DNA of 64,000 bases from Acidimicrobiales bacterium (GCA_035531955.1 DATKRZ010000103.1:11972-75971), one strand, 5' to 3'. Counted from the first letter of the stretch, positions 34,492 to 43,595 are shown. Notes: generated by a model from the sequence alone, not told the origin. Made by a program: numbers and translations.

Positions 34492-35538
34492 CTACCCCTC
34501 GGCGATCTCATCGATGAGCCCCCAGTCACGTCCGGTGTCCGCGCCGATGAATCGACCGGTGAGGGCCAACCATCCGGTCCGGTGCCGCCCGATCCGTCTC
34601 GGGAGCGTCGCCGTGCCGCCGGCCCCGGGGATCAGCCCCATGGCCACCTCGGGGAGGCGGAGGCGGGTGTCCGAGCGGGCCACGACGCCGGCAGCCAGGG
34701 CGGGGAGCTCGACGCCCGCGCCGACACACGCCCCGTGGAGGTGGGCCACGGTCCGGTCCCTGACGACGGCCAGCAACCGGGCCGCGCTGCGCGAGGTTCG
34801 GATCAGGTGGGCGGTGGCGGGGTCGGGGAGCGTGCCGAAATCGCTGAGGTCGCCCCCGCTGCTGAAGTCCGGTCCGCTCCCGTGCAGGTGTACCTCCCGG
34901 ACGGACGGGTCGGCGCACGCCACCGTCAGCGCCTCGCACAGCTCGTCGCGCATGGCTCCGTTGTAGGCGTTGCGGACCCGGGGTCGATCGAAGGTGATCG
35001 ACAGCCGGTCGCCGATCCGTTCGACCAAAAGGGAGGGGACCCCGGTCGGCGTCGTGGGCGTCGTCGGCGTGGCGGCCAGCCAGCGGGCGAACTCCGGTCC
35101 GCCCTGCAGCGTCGAATAGGCCAGGGACTCGAGGACCAGGTCGTGGTCGAGCGATTCGGAGCGGCCCGACCGGAGGACCTGAACCAAGGCGACCGACGCC
35201 ATCGGTGAGCGCTGCACCGCGACTGCCATGGCGTCCAACTCGGCGTCGAGATCGGCCACCGAGACCCAGGGGCGTGCCGACCGGTCCGCCTCGGTGATGG
35301 CGACGTCCACCCCGGACAGCCCCTCGCACGAGGCTCCGGTGCGGCTGATCCCGACGACCACCGACCCGAAGGCCGGGGGGATGTCGAGCCGGCCGGCCCG
35401 CGTGGGGCGGTCGAGGTCCACGACCAGCATCGGATCCCCCTCCAGCGTGCCGAGGATCTCCGCCGATCCCCCGCGCACCCGCTCGAACAGGTCGGCAAGG
35501 GCCGCTTCGTCGAGCAGGTCTGAACCGGAGGCCGGCAT
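34492..35538 (-). CDS. crotonase-fold protein with atypical domain order (degenerate/partial crotonase segment + TP-rich linker + crotonase core lacking C-terminal helices)
   Basis: C-terminal half: LLVERIGDRLSITFDRPRVRNAYN...HGSGPDFSSGGDL...HGACVGAGVELP...LPEVAMGLIPGAGGT, and it ends at GLIDEIAEG. N-terminal half ends with RSPMASVALVQVLR...ESLAYSTLQGGPEFARWLA. ATG at 35538. Confidence 0.8.
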   Translation of the reverse strand: MPASGSDLLDEAALADLFERVRGGSAEILGTLEGDPMLVVDLDRPTRAGRLDIPPAFGSVVVGISRTGASCEGLSGVDVAITEADRSARPWVSVADLDAELDAMAVAVQRSPMASVALVQVLRSGRSESLDHDLVLESLAYSTLQGGPEFARWLAATPTTPTTPTGVPSLLVERIGDRLSITFDRPRVRNAYNGAMRDELCEALTVACADPSVREVHLHGSGPDFSSGGDLSDFGTLPDPATAHLIRTSRSAARLLAVVRDRTVAHLHGACVGAGVELPALAAGVVARSDTRLRLPEVAMGLIPGAGGTATLPRRIGRHRTGWLALTGRFIGADTGRDWGLIDEIAEG

Positions 35539-35635
35539 GACACGAGCGTAACGTGCACCGGCGATGCCGCCCCTCGACCTGATCATGGCAACGGCGATCA
35601 TGCATAATGGCCGTCCATGACACCGGTCCCACACC

Positions 35636-37120
35636 ATGGGAGCTGACGGCCGGCCCCTGCCCGTCACCGTGGGCATCGACATCGGGACCACCGCGGTAAA
35701 GGCCCTGGCCGTCACCGAGGACGGGGTGGTGGTGGCCCGCTCCCGGGTGCCCCACCGGATCATCCACACATCGGCTGACCACATGGAGCACGACGCCCGG
35801 GCCGCCTGGCGCAGGGGTCCCCGTCGCGCTCTGGCCGCGGTCCGAGCGGCGGTCACCGGTTCGGACGGCGGGGAGCGGCGGCCGGCGGATTCTGTGCGCG
35901 TTGCCGGAATCTGCGTTGCCGGCATGGTCCCGTCCCTCACCGCGGTGGATCGTCGGGGGATACCTCGGACCTCCGGGCTCCTGTACGGCGACGTCCGCGG
36001 TCGGACCGGGGGCACGCCTCCGGAGGACCACCGGGCGGGGCCGATGCCGGATGCCGAGGGATTCCTCCAATGGACGTCCCGGCAGATGCCGGATGCCTAC
36101 GGCTACTGGCCGGCCCAGGCGGTGGCGACCCATGCCCTGAGTGGCCACGCGGCCATCGACACCGCGGTGGCGTCGACCCTCGGCGACCTGCAGGTGTCGG
36201 GACGGTGGAACGACGAGTTGATGGCCCGGCTCGGCGTTGAGCTGCGCCAGCTTCCGAGGGTGGTGCCGACCGGCCAGGCCGCGGGCACCTTGCGGCCGGA
36301 CCGGCGCGTCCCCCCCGGCCGCGTCACCCCCCGCGTCGAGGGAGCCTGGGACGACCGGGGAGCCGTCGTTGCCGGCGGCTCCATCGATGCCTTCTGCGAT
36401 CAGATCGTCGCCGGGGCGGACCAGGTGGGCGACGTACTGGTCATCTTCGGTGCCACCCTGATCGTCTGGGTGGTCACCGACACCTGGATCGAAGCCCCCG
36501 GCCTGTGGACAGTGCCGCACACCGAGCCCGGCCGGGTACTCATCGGGGGGCCCTCCAACGCCGGAGCGCTTTTCGTGGATTGGGCCCGGTCCCTGCTTCG
36601 GGGGGCGCACGCCCCCGACACTTCGGCAGACGGCCCGGCGGACTGCCGTTCAGGGGATCCGCGTCGTGTGCCGCTGTGGCTCCCCTACCTCCGAGGCGAA
36701 CGCGTGCCGTTCCACGACACGACGCTGCGGGCCGGCCTGTTCGACCTCGACATCACCGACGGCCCATCGGGTGTCTCCCGCGCCGCCTACGAGGCCAGCG
36801 GATTCGTGGTGCGGAGCATGATCGAACGTTCGGGAGTCACGGCGCGGAGAATCGTGGCCAGTGGCGGCGGCACACGGGTGGGGGCATGGATGGCCGCCGT
36901 GGCCGACACCACCGGCCTCCCGGTCGAGACGGTGGCCGTCCCCGAGGGCGCCGCCCTCGGTGCCGCCTTCCTCGCCCGCATGGCGGCGGGGCTCGAGCCG
37001 TCCCTCGACGGATCGGGTCGATGGGCCCGGCCTGGAACCCGGGTCGACCCCGACGACCGGTGGAGGCCGGCGGCTGACGACCGCTATCGGCGCTTCACCG
37101 ACCTGGGTTCAGGGCCGTAG
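35636..37120 (+). CDS. FGGY-family carbohydrate kinase
   Basis: VGIDIGTTAVKALAV near the N-terminus; GGGTRVGAWMAAVADTTGLPVE near the C-terminus. Confidence 0.85.
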   Translation: MGADGRPLPVTVGIDIGTTAVKALAVTEDGVVVARSRVPHRIIHTSADHMEHDARAAWRRGPRRALAAVRAAVTGSDGGERRPADSVRVAGICVAGMVPSLTAVDRRGIPRTSGLLYGDVRGRTGGTPPEDHRAGPMPDAEGFLQWTSRQMPDAYGYWPAQAVATHALSGHAAIDTAVASTLGDLQVSGRWNDELMARLGVELRQLPRVVPTGQAAGTLRPDRRVPPGRVTPRVEGAWDDRGAVVAGGSIDAFCDQIVAGADQVGDVLVIFGATLIVWVVTDTWIEAPGLWTVPHTEPGRVLIGGPSNAGALFVDWARSLLRGAHAPDTSADGPADCRSGDPRRVPLWLPYLRGERVPFHDTTLRAGLFDLDITDGPSGVSRAAYEASGFVVRSMIERSGVTARRIVASGGGTRVGAWMAAVADTTGLPVETVAVPEGAALGAAFLARMAAGLEPSLDGSGRWARPGTRVDPDDRWRPAADDRYRRFTDLGSGP

Positions 37121-37127
37121 TCGTAGG

Positions 37128-38372
37128 TCAGCCGGTGGTGGCCGGTTCGAAGGCCACCTTCACCGCCCCGCTCTCCTCCTGGGTGGAGAGGGCGCGGAGG
37201 GCGTCGTGCCAATGGTCGAGCGGGAAGCGGTGGGTGAGCATGCCGGTGAGGTCCACCCGCCCCTCCTGTACGAAGTCGAGATAGTGGCGTATGGCGTGTT
37301 GGCGCACCCCCTCCACCTCCTCGATGCCGAAGGCGTTGGAGCCGACGATGGACAGTTCCTTGAAGTAGATGGGCGTGTACTCCCACCGCCCGGGAGTGTG
37401 CACCCCGGTCTGCACGAGGGAACCGCGCTCGGCGAGCACCCGGACACCGACTTCGAGGGTCTCGGGTCGGGCCACCGTGTCGTAGACCACGTCGATACCT
37501 CCGGGGTGGGCCATCGGTAGCCCGGCGAATGCGGTGTGCAGCACGCCCCCCGACCATTCGGCCAGGGACTCGATCAACTCCAACCTTGGCTCGTGGGGGA
37601 GCACCAGGCCGGCGCCGAACCTGGCGGCCAGGTCGGCCTGGGCGGGGAAGCGGGCCACCACCGCCACCTCCACTTCCGGGTACAGCGAATGCAGGATGGC
37701 GACGCTGGTCACCCCGAGCGCCCCAGCACCGTAGACGAGGGCGCGGCCATTCGGAGGCGGCGGGCAGCGGAGGATGGCGTGAAGTGACACGGCGAACGGA
37801 TCGGCCAGTACCGCCACCTCGTCGGTGACCGAATCGGGAACCGGAATGAGCATCGAGTCGTGGGCCGCCATCAGGTCGGCCCAGCCACCGGGCGCGTCAC
37901 TGGCCACTCCGACGTGGACTCCCGGACCGAGGGCACCGGTGGTGAAACTCCAGCACAGGTTCAGCTCGCCGCGTCGGCAGGCCGGGCACGGCGGATCCAC
38001 CCCACGGGGACCACACGTCAACCACGGATTGAGCAGTACCCGCTGGCCGACCTCGAGGCCCGAGGCATCCGGGCCGAGGCTCACCACCTCGGCTACCACC
38101 TCATGGCCGGGGATGTGGGGAATGGAGGAGAACGCGGCCATCGGATTGTCGATGTCGCCGGTGTCGAAGTCCCCCAGCACGAGCTTGGTCTCCGACCCGC
38201 ACACCCCGGAGAGAAGCGGCCGGGTGATGACCCAGTCTGGACGGACCATCCGGGCGTCATCGACCTCGTGCAGGCCGAAGGGGAGCGAGTCGATCCGGCG
38301 ATCGAGATCGTCGCCCGGACCCTCATGGGCGTCGTCGGCGTCGCGTGGCACGCCGAACACCAGTGCTCTCAT
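37128..38372 (-). CDS. zinc-binding medium-chain alcohol dehydrogenase family protein
   Basis: GHEVVAEVVSLG and the Cys cluster CPACRRGELNLC. 414-aa ORF with ATG at 38372. Confidence 0.88.
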   Translation of the reverse strand: MRALVFGVPRDADDAHEGPGDDLDRRIDSLPFGLHEVDDARMVRPDWVITRPLLSGVCGSETKLVLGDFDTGDIDNPMAAFSSIPHIPGHEVVAEVVSLGPDASGLEVGQRVLLNPWLTCGPRGVDPPCPACRRGELNLCWSFTTGALGPGVHVGVASDAPGGWADLMAAHDSMLIPVPDSVTDEVAVLADPFAVSLHAILRCPPPPNGRALVYGAGALGVTSVAILHSLYPEVEVAVVARFPAQADLAARFGAGLVLPHEPRLELIESLAEWSGGVLHTAFAGLPMAHPGGIDVVYDTVARPETLEVGVRVLAERGSLVQTGVHTPGRWEYTPIYFKELSIVGSNAFGIEEVEGVRQHAIRHYLDFVQEGRVDLTGMLTHRFPLDHWHDALRALSTQEESGAVKVAFEPATTG

Positions 38373-38428
38373 CGACGGCAGTTTCTCATCGGCGACACAG
38401 CTTCATCGGTGACACGGTAGCCACCTCC
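38369..38428 (-). promoter_or_regulatory. SD plus two ATGA-chained mini-ORFs ((V)SPMKLCRR 38386-38415; MRNCRR 38369-38389) built from a 17-nt tandem repeat and ending on the ADH ATG
   Basis: Minus strand reads GGAGG TGGCTACC GTGTCACCGATGAAGCTGTGTCGCCGATGAGAAACTGCCGTCGATGAGAGCACTG. Three CG(Y)CGATGA units are spaced 17 nt apart. The ADH ATG has no SD of its own. Confidence 0.55.
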
Positions 38429-38445
38429 GAGCCCGGTCGGCACGG

Positions 38446-40101
38446 TCAGGCCAGCATGGCCGCAGCGGAGCGGGCCGCCAGGGCGGCCAAGGTCAGAGTG
38501 GGTCCGTAGCCCGAGGAGGTGACGAAGACCGAGGAGTCGGCGATGACCACGTTCTCCAACTGGTGGAGCCGCCCGTGGCCGTCGGCCACCGACGTCGCCG
38601 GGTCCGTCCCCATCCGAACCGTGCCCATGACATGGCGGCTCATGGGCGCATGCTCGGTGGTGCGGCCCCCCGGCCCTCCGGCGGTCCCGGGCGAGGTGAC
38701 GATGGAGGTCCAGCCCGCGCCCATGACCTCGAGGATTGCGGCCAACCGGGGGCCATGGTGGGCGGCGGCGGCCAGCTCGTGGCGGTGGGGCTTGTAGGTG
38801 TAGCGGGCGACGGGGAAGCCCCGGACGTCACGGATGGTCGGGTCCAGGTCGATCCGGTTGGTGGCCACCGGGAGGTCCTCCCCCTGCATGGTGAAGGCCC
38901 ACATCCGGTCGCGCATGGGCGACGAGCGCATGCTCTCCTTGTGGGACCGTCCCCACGGGTAGATCTTCGCCTCGAGGATGGGGAGCGATGGCCCACCGTG
39001 CTCGACCATCCCCCCCTTGATCCAGGGAAGCCCTGCCTCCTTGGCCGCGGCCCGCGAGGCGTCGTCGGGGACCAGGGCGTCGTCCTGCATCTCGGTGACC
39101 GCCCGGCCCCGCTCGCCGTGAAGGCGGAGGTGGGCGAAACCGCCCACCACGATGGTCTGGAAGTGGGTCATCAGGTGCCGGCCGATCAGCGGATGGTCGA
39201 TCCCCGACAGAAGCAGCAGACGCGGGGTCTCGACCGCTCCGCCCGCCACCACCACATGTCGGGCGTCCATCGAGTGCTCGATGCCGTCGGGGCCGATGTA
39301 GTCCACCCCGGTGGCGCGATCGCCCGCGGTTCGTATCCGGGACACGAAGGTCTCCGGCCGGAGCTCGGCGTTCCCGGTCAGGAGGGCCCGCTGCAACATG
39401 GCCACCGGGTCTCCCTTGGCGTGGATCGGGCAGCCGAAGAAGGCGCAGAACCCACAGTTGTTGCAGGCGGGCCGGCCGTCGTAGTGCTCGGAATTGGTGG
39501 CGCCCGGAGCCGGGTAGGGATGGAACCCGAGGGACTCGGCGGCTGCCGATGACAGGTTCGAGCCGTACATCGACGGCCCTGGCGGCATGGGGTACGGGCC
39601 CGACCGCCATGCCGCGAACGGGTTGGCGCCCGCTTGCCCGGAGACGCCGATCATGCGTTCGGCCTCGGCATAGAAGGGCTCGAGCTCGGCATAGTCGAGG
39701 GGCCAGTCGGCCACGGACGCACCCTCGTGGGGGCCGCGGCTGGTCAGCATGGCGAAATCCTCTTCGCGGAAGCGGGGGACCTTGCCGTCGGCATGGGTGC
39801 CCCCGCCTCCGACGGTGGAGGGGATGGAGTTCACCTCCCCCACGAAGGAGTGGTCACCGTCGTCGGGACCGACCCGGAAGGTGCGCGGCTCGAGGAACGG
39901 GTCGGGACCGAGGAAGTGGCGATCGATGAACTTGATCTCGTCGTTCGAGAAGTCGCCCAGCAGCCGGGCGGGCTCGTCGAGATCGATCAGATGGTTGCGG
40001 CCCTTCTCGAAGATCACCACCGACCATCCGGCCGCGGTCAGCACGTCGGCGGCAGTCGCTCCCCCGGGCCCGGACCCGACGACGATGGCGTCGGCGGTCA
40101 C
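38446..40101 (-). CDS. GMC family FAD oxidoreductase
   Basis: AIVVGSGPGGATAADVLTAAGWSVVIFEKG. GTG at 40101 overlaps the upstream stop (GTGA). Confidence 0.9.
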   Translation of the reverse strand: MTADAIVVGSGPGGATAADVLTAAGWSVVIFEKGRNHLIDLDEPARLLGDFSNDEIKFIDRHFLGPDPFLEPRTFRVGPDDGDHSFVGEVNSIPSTVGGGGTHADGKVPRFREEDFAMLTSRGPHEGASVADWPLDYAELEPFYAEAERMIGVSGQAGANPFAAWRSGPYPMPPGPSMYGSNLSSAAAESLGFHPYPAPGATNSEHYDGRPACNNCGFCAFFGCPIHAKGDPVAMLQRALLTGNAELRPETFVSRIRTAGDRATGVDYIGPDGIEHSMDARHVVVAGGAVETPRLLLLSGIDHPLIGRHLMTHFQTIVVGGFAHLRLHGERGRAVTEMQDDALVPDDASRAAAKEAGLPWIKGGMVEHGGPSLPILEAKIYPWGRSHKESMRSSPMRDRMWAFTMQGEDLPVATNRIDLDPTIRDVRGFPVARYTYKPHRHELAAAAHHGPRLAAILEVMGAGWTSIVTSPGTAGGPGGRTTEHAPMSRHVMGTVRMGTDPATSVADGHGRLHQLENVVIADSSVFVTSSGYGPTLTLAALAARSAAAMLA

Positions 40102-40658
40102 GGCTCCGAGACCTCCCGGTCGGTCCATCCCCGGGGCTGGACGTCACCGGCGAACCCGATGTTCGACCATCCGACCCCGTCCCGGTTCCCCCCGTACTCG
40201 GGTGCCCCGTACATGCCCTCGCAGGCGTGCCCGTAGACCAGCCCGGTGAAGTCGGGGTCGGCATGGAGCCGGGCACCCTGTTCCTCGGGGCCGCAGTCGG
40301 CGAAGTCGGGCCCGAGCGCGGCCAGACCGGCCCGGTAGCGCTCCTGCAGACCGACCACCGGGCCGTTGAACTCGCGCTCGGGCAGGCCGAGCGAGCCTTC
40401 GATCCGGGTGCGCCAGGCCAGCTCGTCCAGAGCGGTGAGAGGATGGAACCCGGCGAATCCGCCCGGGCCACCGAATCGTCCCGAGGCCGGACCACCGGCC
40501 CAGATCCGCGGTGGATCGAAGGAGAACGCACCCAGAAGACCGTCGATGTAGTCGGCGACGCCGGCGTCCGTCGCCCCGGGCGTATGGTCGGCGGGAATGA
40601 GTCGCTCGCACACCGCGGTCAGCGTCCGGTACTCGTCGTCTGTCAACCAGGTCGCCAC
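40098..40658 (-). CDS. gluconate 2-dehydrogenase subunit 3-like small subunit
   Basis: LTDDEYRTLTAVCERLIPADHTPGATDAGVADYIDGLL. Directly coupled to the GMC gene. No twin-arginine leader visible. Confidence 0.78.
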   Translation of the reverse strand: MATWLTDDEYRTLTAVCERLIPADHTPGATDAGVADYIDGLLGAFSFDPPRIWAGGPASGRFGGPGGFAGFHPLTALDELAWRTRIEGSLGLPEREFNGPVVGLQERYRAGLAALGPDFADCGPEEQGARLHADPDFTGLVYGHACEGMYGAPEYGGNRDGVGWSNIGFAGDVQPRGWTDREVSEP

Positions 40659-40723
40659 CGACAGGGAAGCTAACAGAACCGACCGGCGCGCGACACCGTG
40701 GCCGGCGCCGCCGGGACGCCGGT

Positions 40724-41194
40724 TTGGCTAGCATCCGGCCGGTGTTCGCAAACGGCCCCGCCATCCGACTGCTTCCCCGGCTCGATGCCGACAACCGGTT
40801 CTTCTGGACGGGGGGAGGAGACGGGACCCTGCGGTTCCTGCGGTGCCGATCGTGTCGTCAGTTCATCCACCCACCGGTTCCACGTTGCCCGGCCTGTCTC
40901 AGCGACAGACTGGGCCCGGAACCGGTCAGCGGGCGCGGCACGGTCCATTCGTTCACCGTCAACCACCAGGCTTGGATCCCGGGGTCGGACCCGTATGTGA
41001 TCGGTCTGGTCGCCATCGACGAGCAGCCGGACGTGCGCCTGATGACCAACCTCGTCGACTGCGAGCCCGACGACACCCTGATCGGCCGCGCCGTCGAGGT
41101 GACCTTCGAACACAGCGAAGACGTGTACCTGCCTTTGTTCCGACCCGCATCGACCCTGCCGGACGACCCGTCGGCCACCGGCGGTGGGCAGTGA
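40724..41194 (+). CDS. DUF35 Zn-ribbon/OB-fold protein
   Basis: FWTGGGDGTLRFLRCRSCRQFIHPPVPRCPACLS...GRGTVHSFTVNHQ. Start is uncertain (TTG at 40724). Confidence 0.8.
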   Translation: MASIRPVFANGPAIRLLPRLDADNRFFWTGGGDGTLRFLRCRSCRQFIHPPVPRCPACLSDRLGPEPVSGRGTVHSFTVNHQAWIPGSDPYVIGLVAIDEQPDVRLMTNLVDCEPDDTLIGRAVEVTFEHSEDVYLPLFRPASTLPDDPSATGGGQ

Positions 41195-42399
41195 ACGGAT
41201 CTCCGGCCGAGCGCCGGGCGGCCATCACCGGCATCGGCCAGTCGGCCGTCGGGCGGCGCCTCGGCCGCACCGATCTCGACCTGACCCTCGAGGCCTGTCT
41301 GGAGGCCATGGCGGACGCCGGCTTGACCAGGGACGACATCGACGGCCTGGCCACCTACCCCGGGGCCGGGCTGGGTACCGGCGGATTCGCGGGACCGGGA
41401 ACACCCGAGGTGCAGGACGCCCTGCGCCTCCGGCTCAACTGGCACGACGGCGGGGCCGAGGGCCCCGGCCAGATGAGGGCGGTGATCGCCGCCTGCTTCG
41501 CCATCGCCGCCGGCGCCGCCCGTCATGTGCTCGTCTACCGCACGGTCTCCGAGTCGACGGCCCAGGGCGAAGGGGGCCGCCAGGGAATCGGCGGGAGCGG
41601 TGGCGGCGGGAGTACCCCCCGCTTCTCTGGCTTCCTCCAGTGGTCGCTGCCCTTCGGCGCAGTCTCAGCCGTCAACTGGATCGCCCTGGTGGGCCAGCGC
41701 CGCGTCCACGAATTCGGGCTCACCCGCGAGCAGCTGGCCCAGGTGGCGTTGAACGGAAGGCGCAATGCCGGACTGAATCCGAAGGCCATCTACCGGGAGC
41801 CGATGACCCTGGACGACTACCTGGACGCCCGCATGATCTCGTCCCCACTGTGCCTGTTCGACTGCGATGCGCCCTGTGACGGGTCCACCGCGTTGGTGGT
41901 GTCCCATGCCGGCTATGCCGCGGACGCGCCGCATCCCTCCTGCCACGTCAACGCAGTGGGCACCGCTCTGCGGGGGCGGCCCAGCTGGGACCAGTTCGAC
42001 GACATGACCTCCATGGCGGCCAGGGACGCCGCCGCCAGCATGTGGGAGCGGACCGATCTGCGTCCCACCGACGTGGACATCGCCCAGCTCTATGACGGCT
42101 TCAGCATTCTGGCCATGGTGTGGTTGGAGGCGCTCGGGTTCTGCGGAAGGGGCGAGGGCGGGCCCTTCGTCGAGGGCGGTTCGCGTATCGCCCTCGACGG
42201 CCGGCTTCCGCTCAACACTGCGGGTGGGCAGCTCTCGGCCGGCCGGCTCCATGGATTCGGCCTGCTGCACGAGGCTTGCGTGCAGCTCCGCGGCGACGGA
42301 GGGGCACGCCAGGTCCAGGGCCGTCACGAAGTAGCGGTGGTGGCCAACGGCGGCGGTCCCATCGCCGGATCCCTGCTTCTGACCCGTGGGCCTGGATGA
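41191..42399 (+). CDS. thiolase-fold lipid-transfer-type protein (nucleophile Cys context not recognisable)
   Basis: AAITGIGQSAVGRR...CDAPCDGSTALVV...NTAGGQLSAGRLHGFG. GTG at 41191 overlaps the DUF35 stop (GTGA). The segment where CxxG is expected reads DGGAEGPGQ. Confidence 0.85.
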   Translation: MNGSPAERRAAITGIGQSAVGRRLGRTDLDLTLEACLEAMADAGLTRDDIDGLATYPGAGLGTGGFAGPGTPEVQDALRLRLNWHDGGAEGPGQMRAVIAACFAIAAGAARHVLVYRTVSESTAQGEGGRQGIGGSGGGGSTPRFSGFLQWSLPFGAVSAVNWIALVGQRRVHEFGLTREQLAQVALNGRRNAGLNPKAIYREPMTLDDYLDARMISSPLCLFDCDAPCDGSTALVVSHAGYAADAPHPSCHVNAVGTALRGRPSWDQFDDMTSMAARDAAASMWERTDLRPTDVDIAQLYDGFSILAMVWLEALGFCGRGEGGPFVEGGSRIALDGRLPLNTAGGQLSAGRLHGFGLLHEACVQLRGDGGARQVQGRHEVAVVANGGGPIAGSLLLTRGPG

Positions 42400-42441
42400 C
42401 CGTTTGCCGCCGGCGCTGAGCCGGAGGCGTCCACCCGGAAC

Positions 42442-43569
42442 TCAGAAGAGGTCATGGTCGGTGCCCCGCTGATCGGACAGCATGGCTGCGATCCGCTCGC
42501 GGTGGAAGTCGGCGTCACCCCAGCTCACCTGGTCGAGCTGGGACCGCTTCACGTACAGATGCAGATCGTGCTCCCAGGTGAACCCGACGCCACCGTGCAC
42601 CTGGAGGCCAGACGCCATCACCCGGCGGGATGCATCGGAGCACCAGGCCTTGGCAGCCGACGCGGCCAGGGACGCACCGGGATGGCCCGAGGCGATGCAC
42701 CACGCGGCGTAGAACACACCCGATCGCATTCCCTCGACGTCCACCAGTGCATCGGCCAGACGGTGCTTGACCGCCTGGAAGCTGCCGATCGGCTTGCCGA
42801 ATTGGACGCGTTCTGTGGCGTACTCCACACTCATCTCGAGCACCCGGCTCGATGCGCCGAGCATCTCGGCCGCCAGCGCCGTGGCGGCCCGGTCGAGCAT
42901 GCGGCGGGCCGCGGCCGCGTCGCCGATCCGATGGGCGGGCGCGCCCTCGAGCGGTAGCCACGCCAGGGTCCGGGTCCGGTCCATGGCCGGTTCGGGCGCG
43001 GGGCGGGCGTCCGGACCGAGGGGGACCTCGTAGACCGCATCGCCGGTGACGACGACGGCGACGTCGGCGACGGACGCGTACACGGTCGGCTCCGGGCACA
43101 GGGTGAGGAGGCAGTCATCGCCGGCGGACGCGATGGTGGCGGCCGGCGAAGCCGACCAGGCCAGGCACCCGACCACCTCGCCGGTGGTCAGCCGGTCTAC
43201 CCGGGTCTTCGATTCCACCCTGGTTGCCGGGGACAGGCTCTCGTCGGCGGCCGCGGCCCGGAAGGCGCTCTGGGCCAGGGTGGTCCCGGTGAACGGGACC
43301 GGAGCCACCCGGCGCCCCAACTGCTCGCACAGGATGGCCACCTCGACCATCCCCAGCCCGAGCCCGCCGTCGTCCTCGGGCTGCTCGATGGCGAGCCAAC
43401 CCTGCTCGGCCATGGCCAGCCACAGGCGGCGGTCGAAGCCCCCGTCAGCGGGAGCCGAGTCCGCCGGTCCGACGCACTCGCGCACCCGATCGCCGGAGGC
43501 GAGGTCATCGAGCACCCGACCGGCCGCCTCGCGGAGGGCCACCTGTTCCGACGACAGCTCGAAGTCCAC
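42442..43569 (-). CDS. acyl-CoA dehydrogenase-fold protein (beta-like, no catalytic-Glu motif)
   Basis: VDFELSSEQVALREAAGRVL (GTG at 43569). C-terminus VHGGVGFTWEHDLHLYVKRSQLDQVSWG. Confidence 0.85.
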   Translation of the reverse strand: MDFELSSEQVALREAAGRVLDDLASGDRVRECVGPADSAPADGGFDRRLWLAMAEQGWLAIEQPEDDGGLGLGMVEVAILCEQLGRRVAPVPFTGTTLAQSAFRAAAADESLSPATRVESKTRVDRLTTGEVVGCLAWSASPAATIASAGDDCLLTLCPEPTVYASVADVAVVVTGDAVYEVPLGPDARPAPEPAMDRTRTLAWLPLEGAPAHRIGDAAAARRMLDRAATALAAEMLGASSRVLEMSVEYATERVQFGKPIGSFQAVKHRLADALVDVEGMRSGVFYAAWCIASGHPGASLAASAAKAWCSDASRRVMASGLQVHGGVGFTWEHDLHLYVKRSQLDQVSWGDADFHRERIAAMLSDQRGTDHDLF

Positions 43570-43595
43570 GAGCCGGGAGTCTACGGTTGCCCGAC

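Noticed and set aside
35585-35646. Possible third ATGA chain upstream of the FGGY kinase (MATAIMHNGRP, then ATGA, then MTPVPHHGS)
   Set aside because: There is no SD before the first ATG. The second ORF overlaps the kinase start out of frame rather than ending on it with ATGA. The region is a divergent promoter where stray ATGs are expected. It is too weak to group with the two clear ladders.
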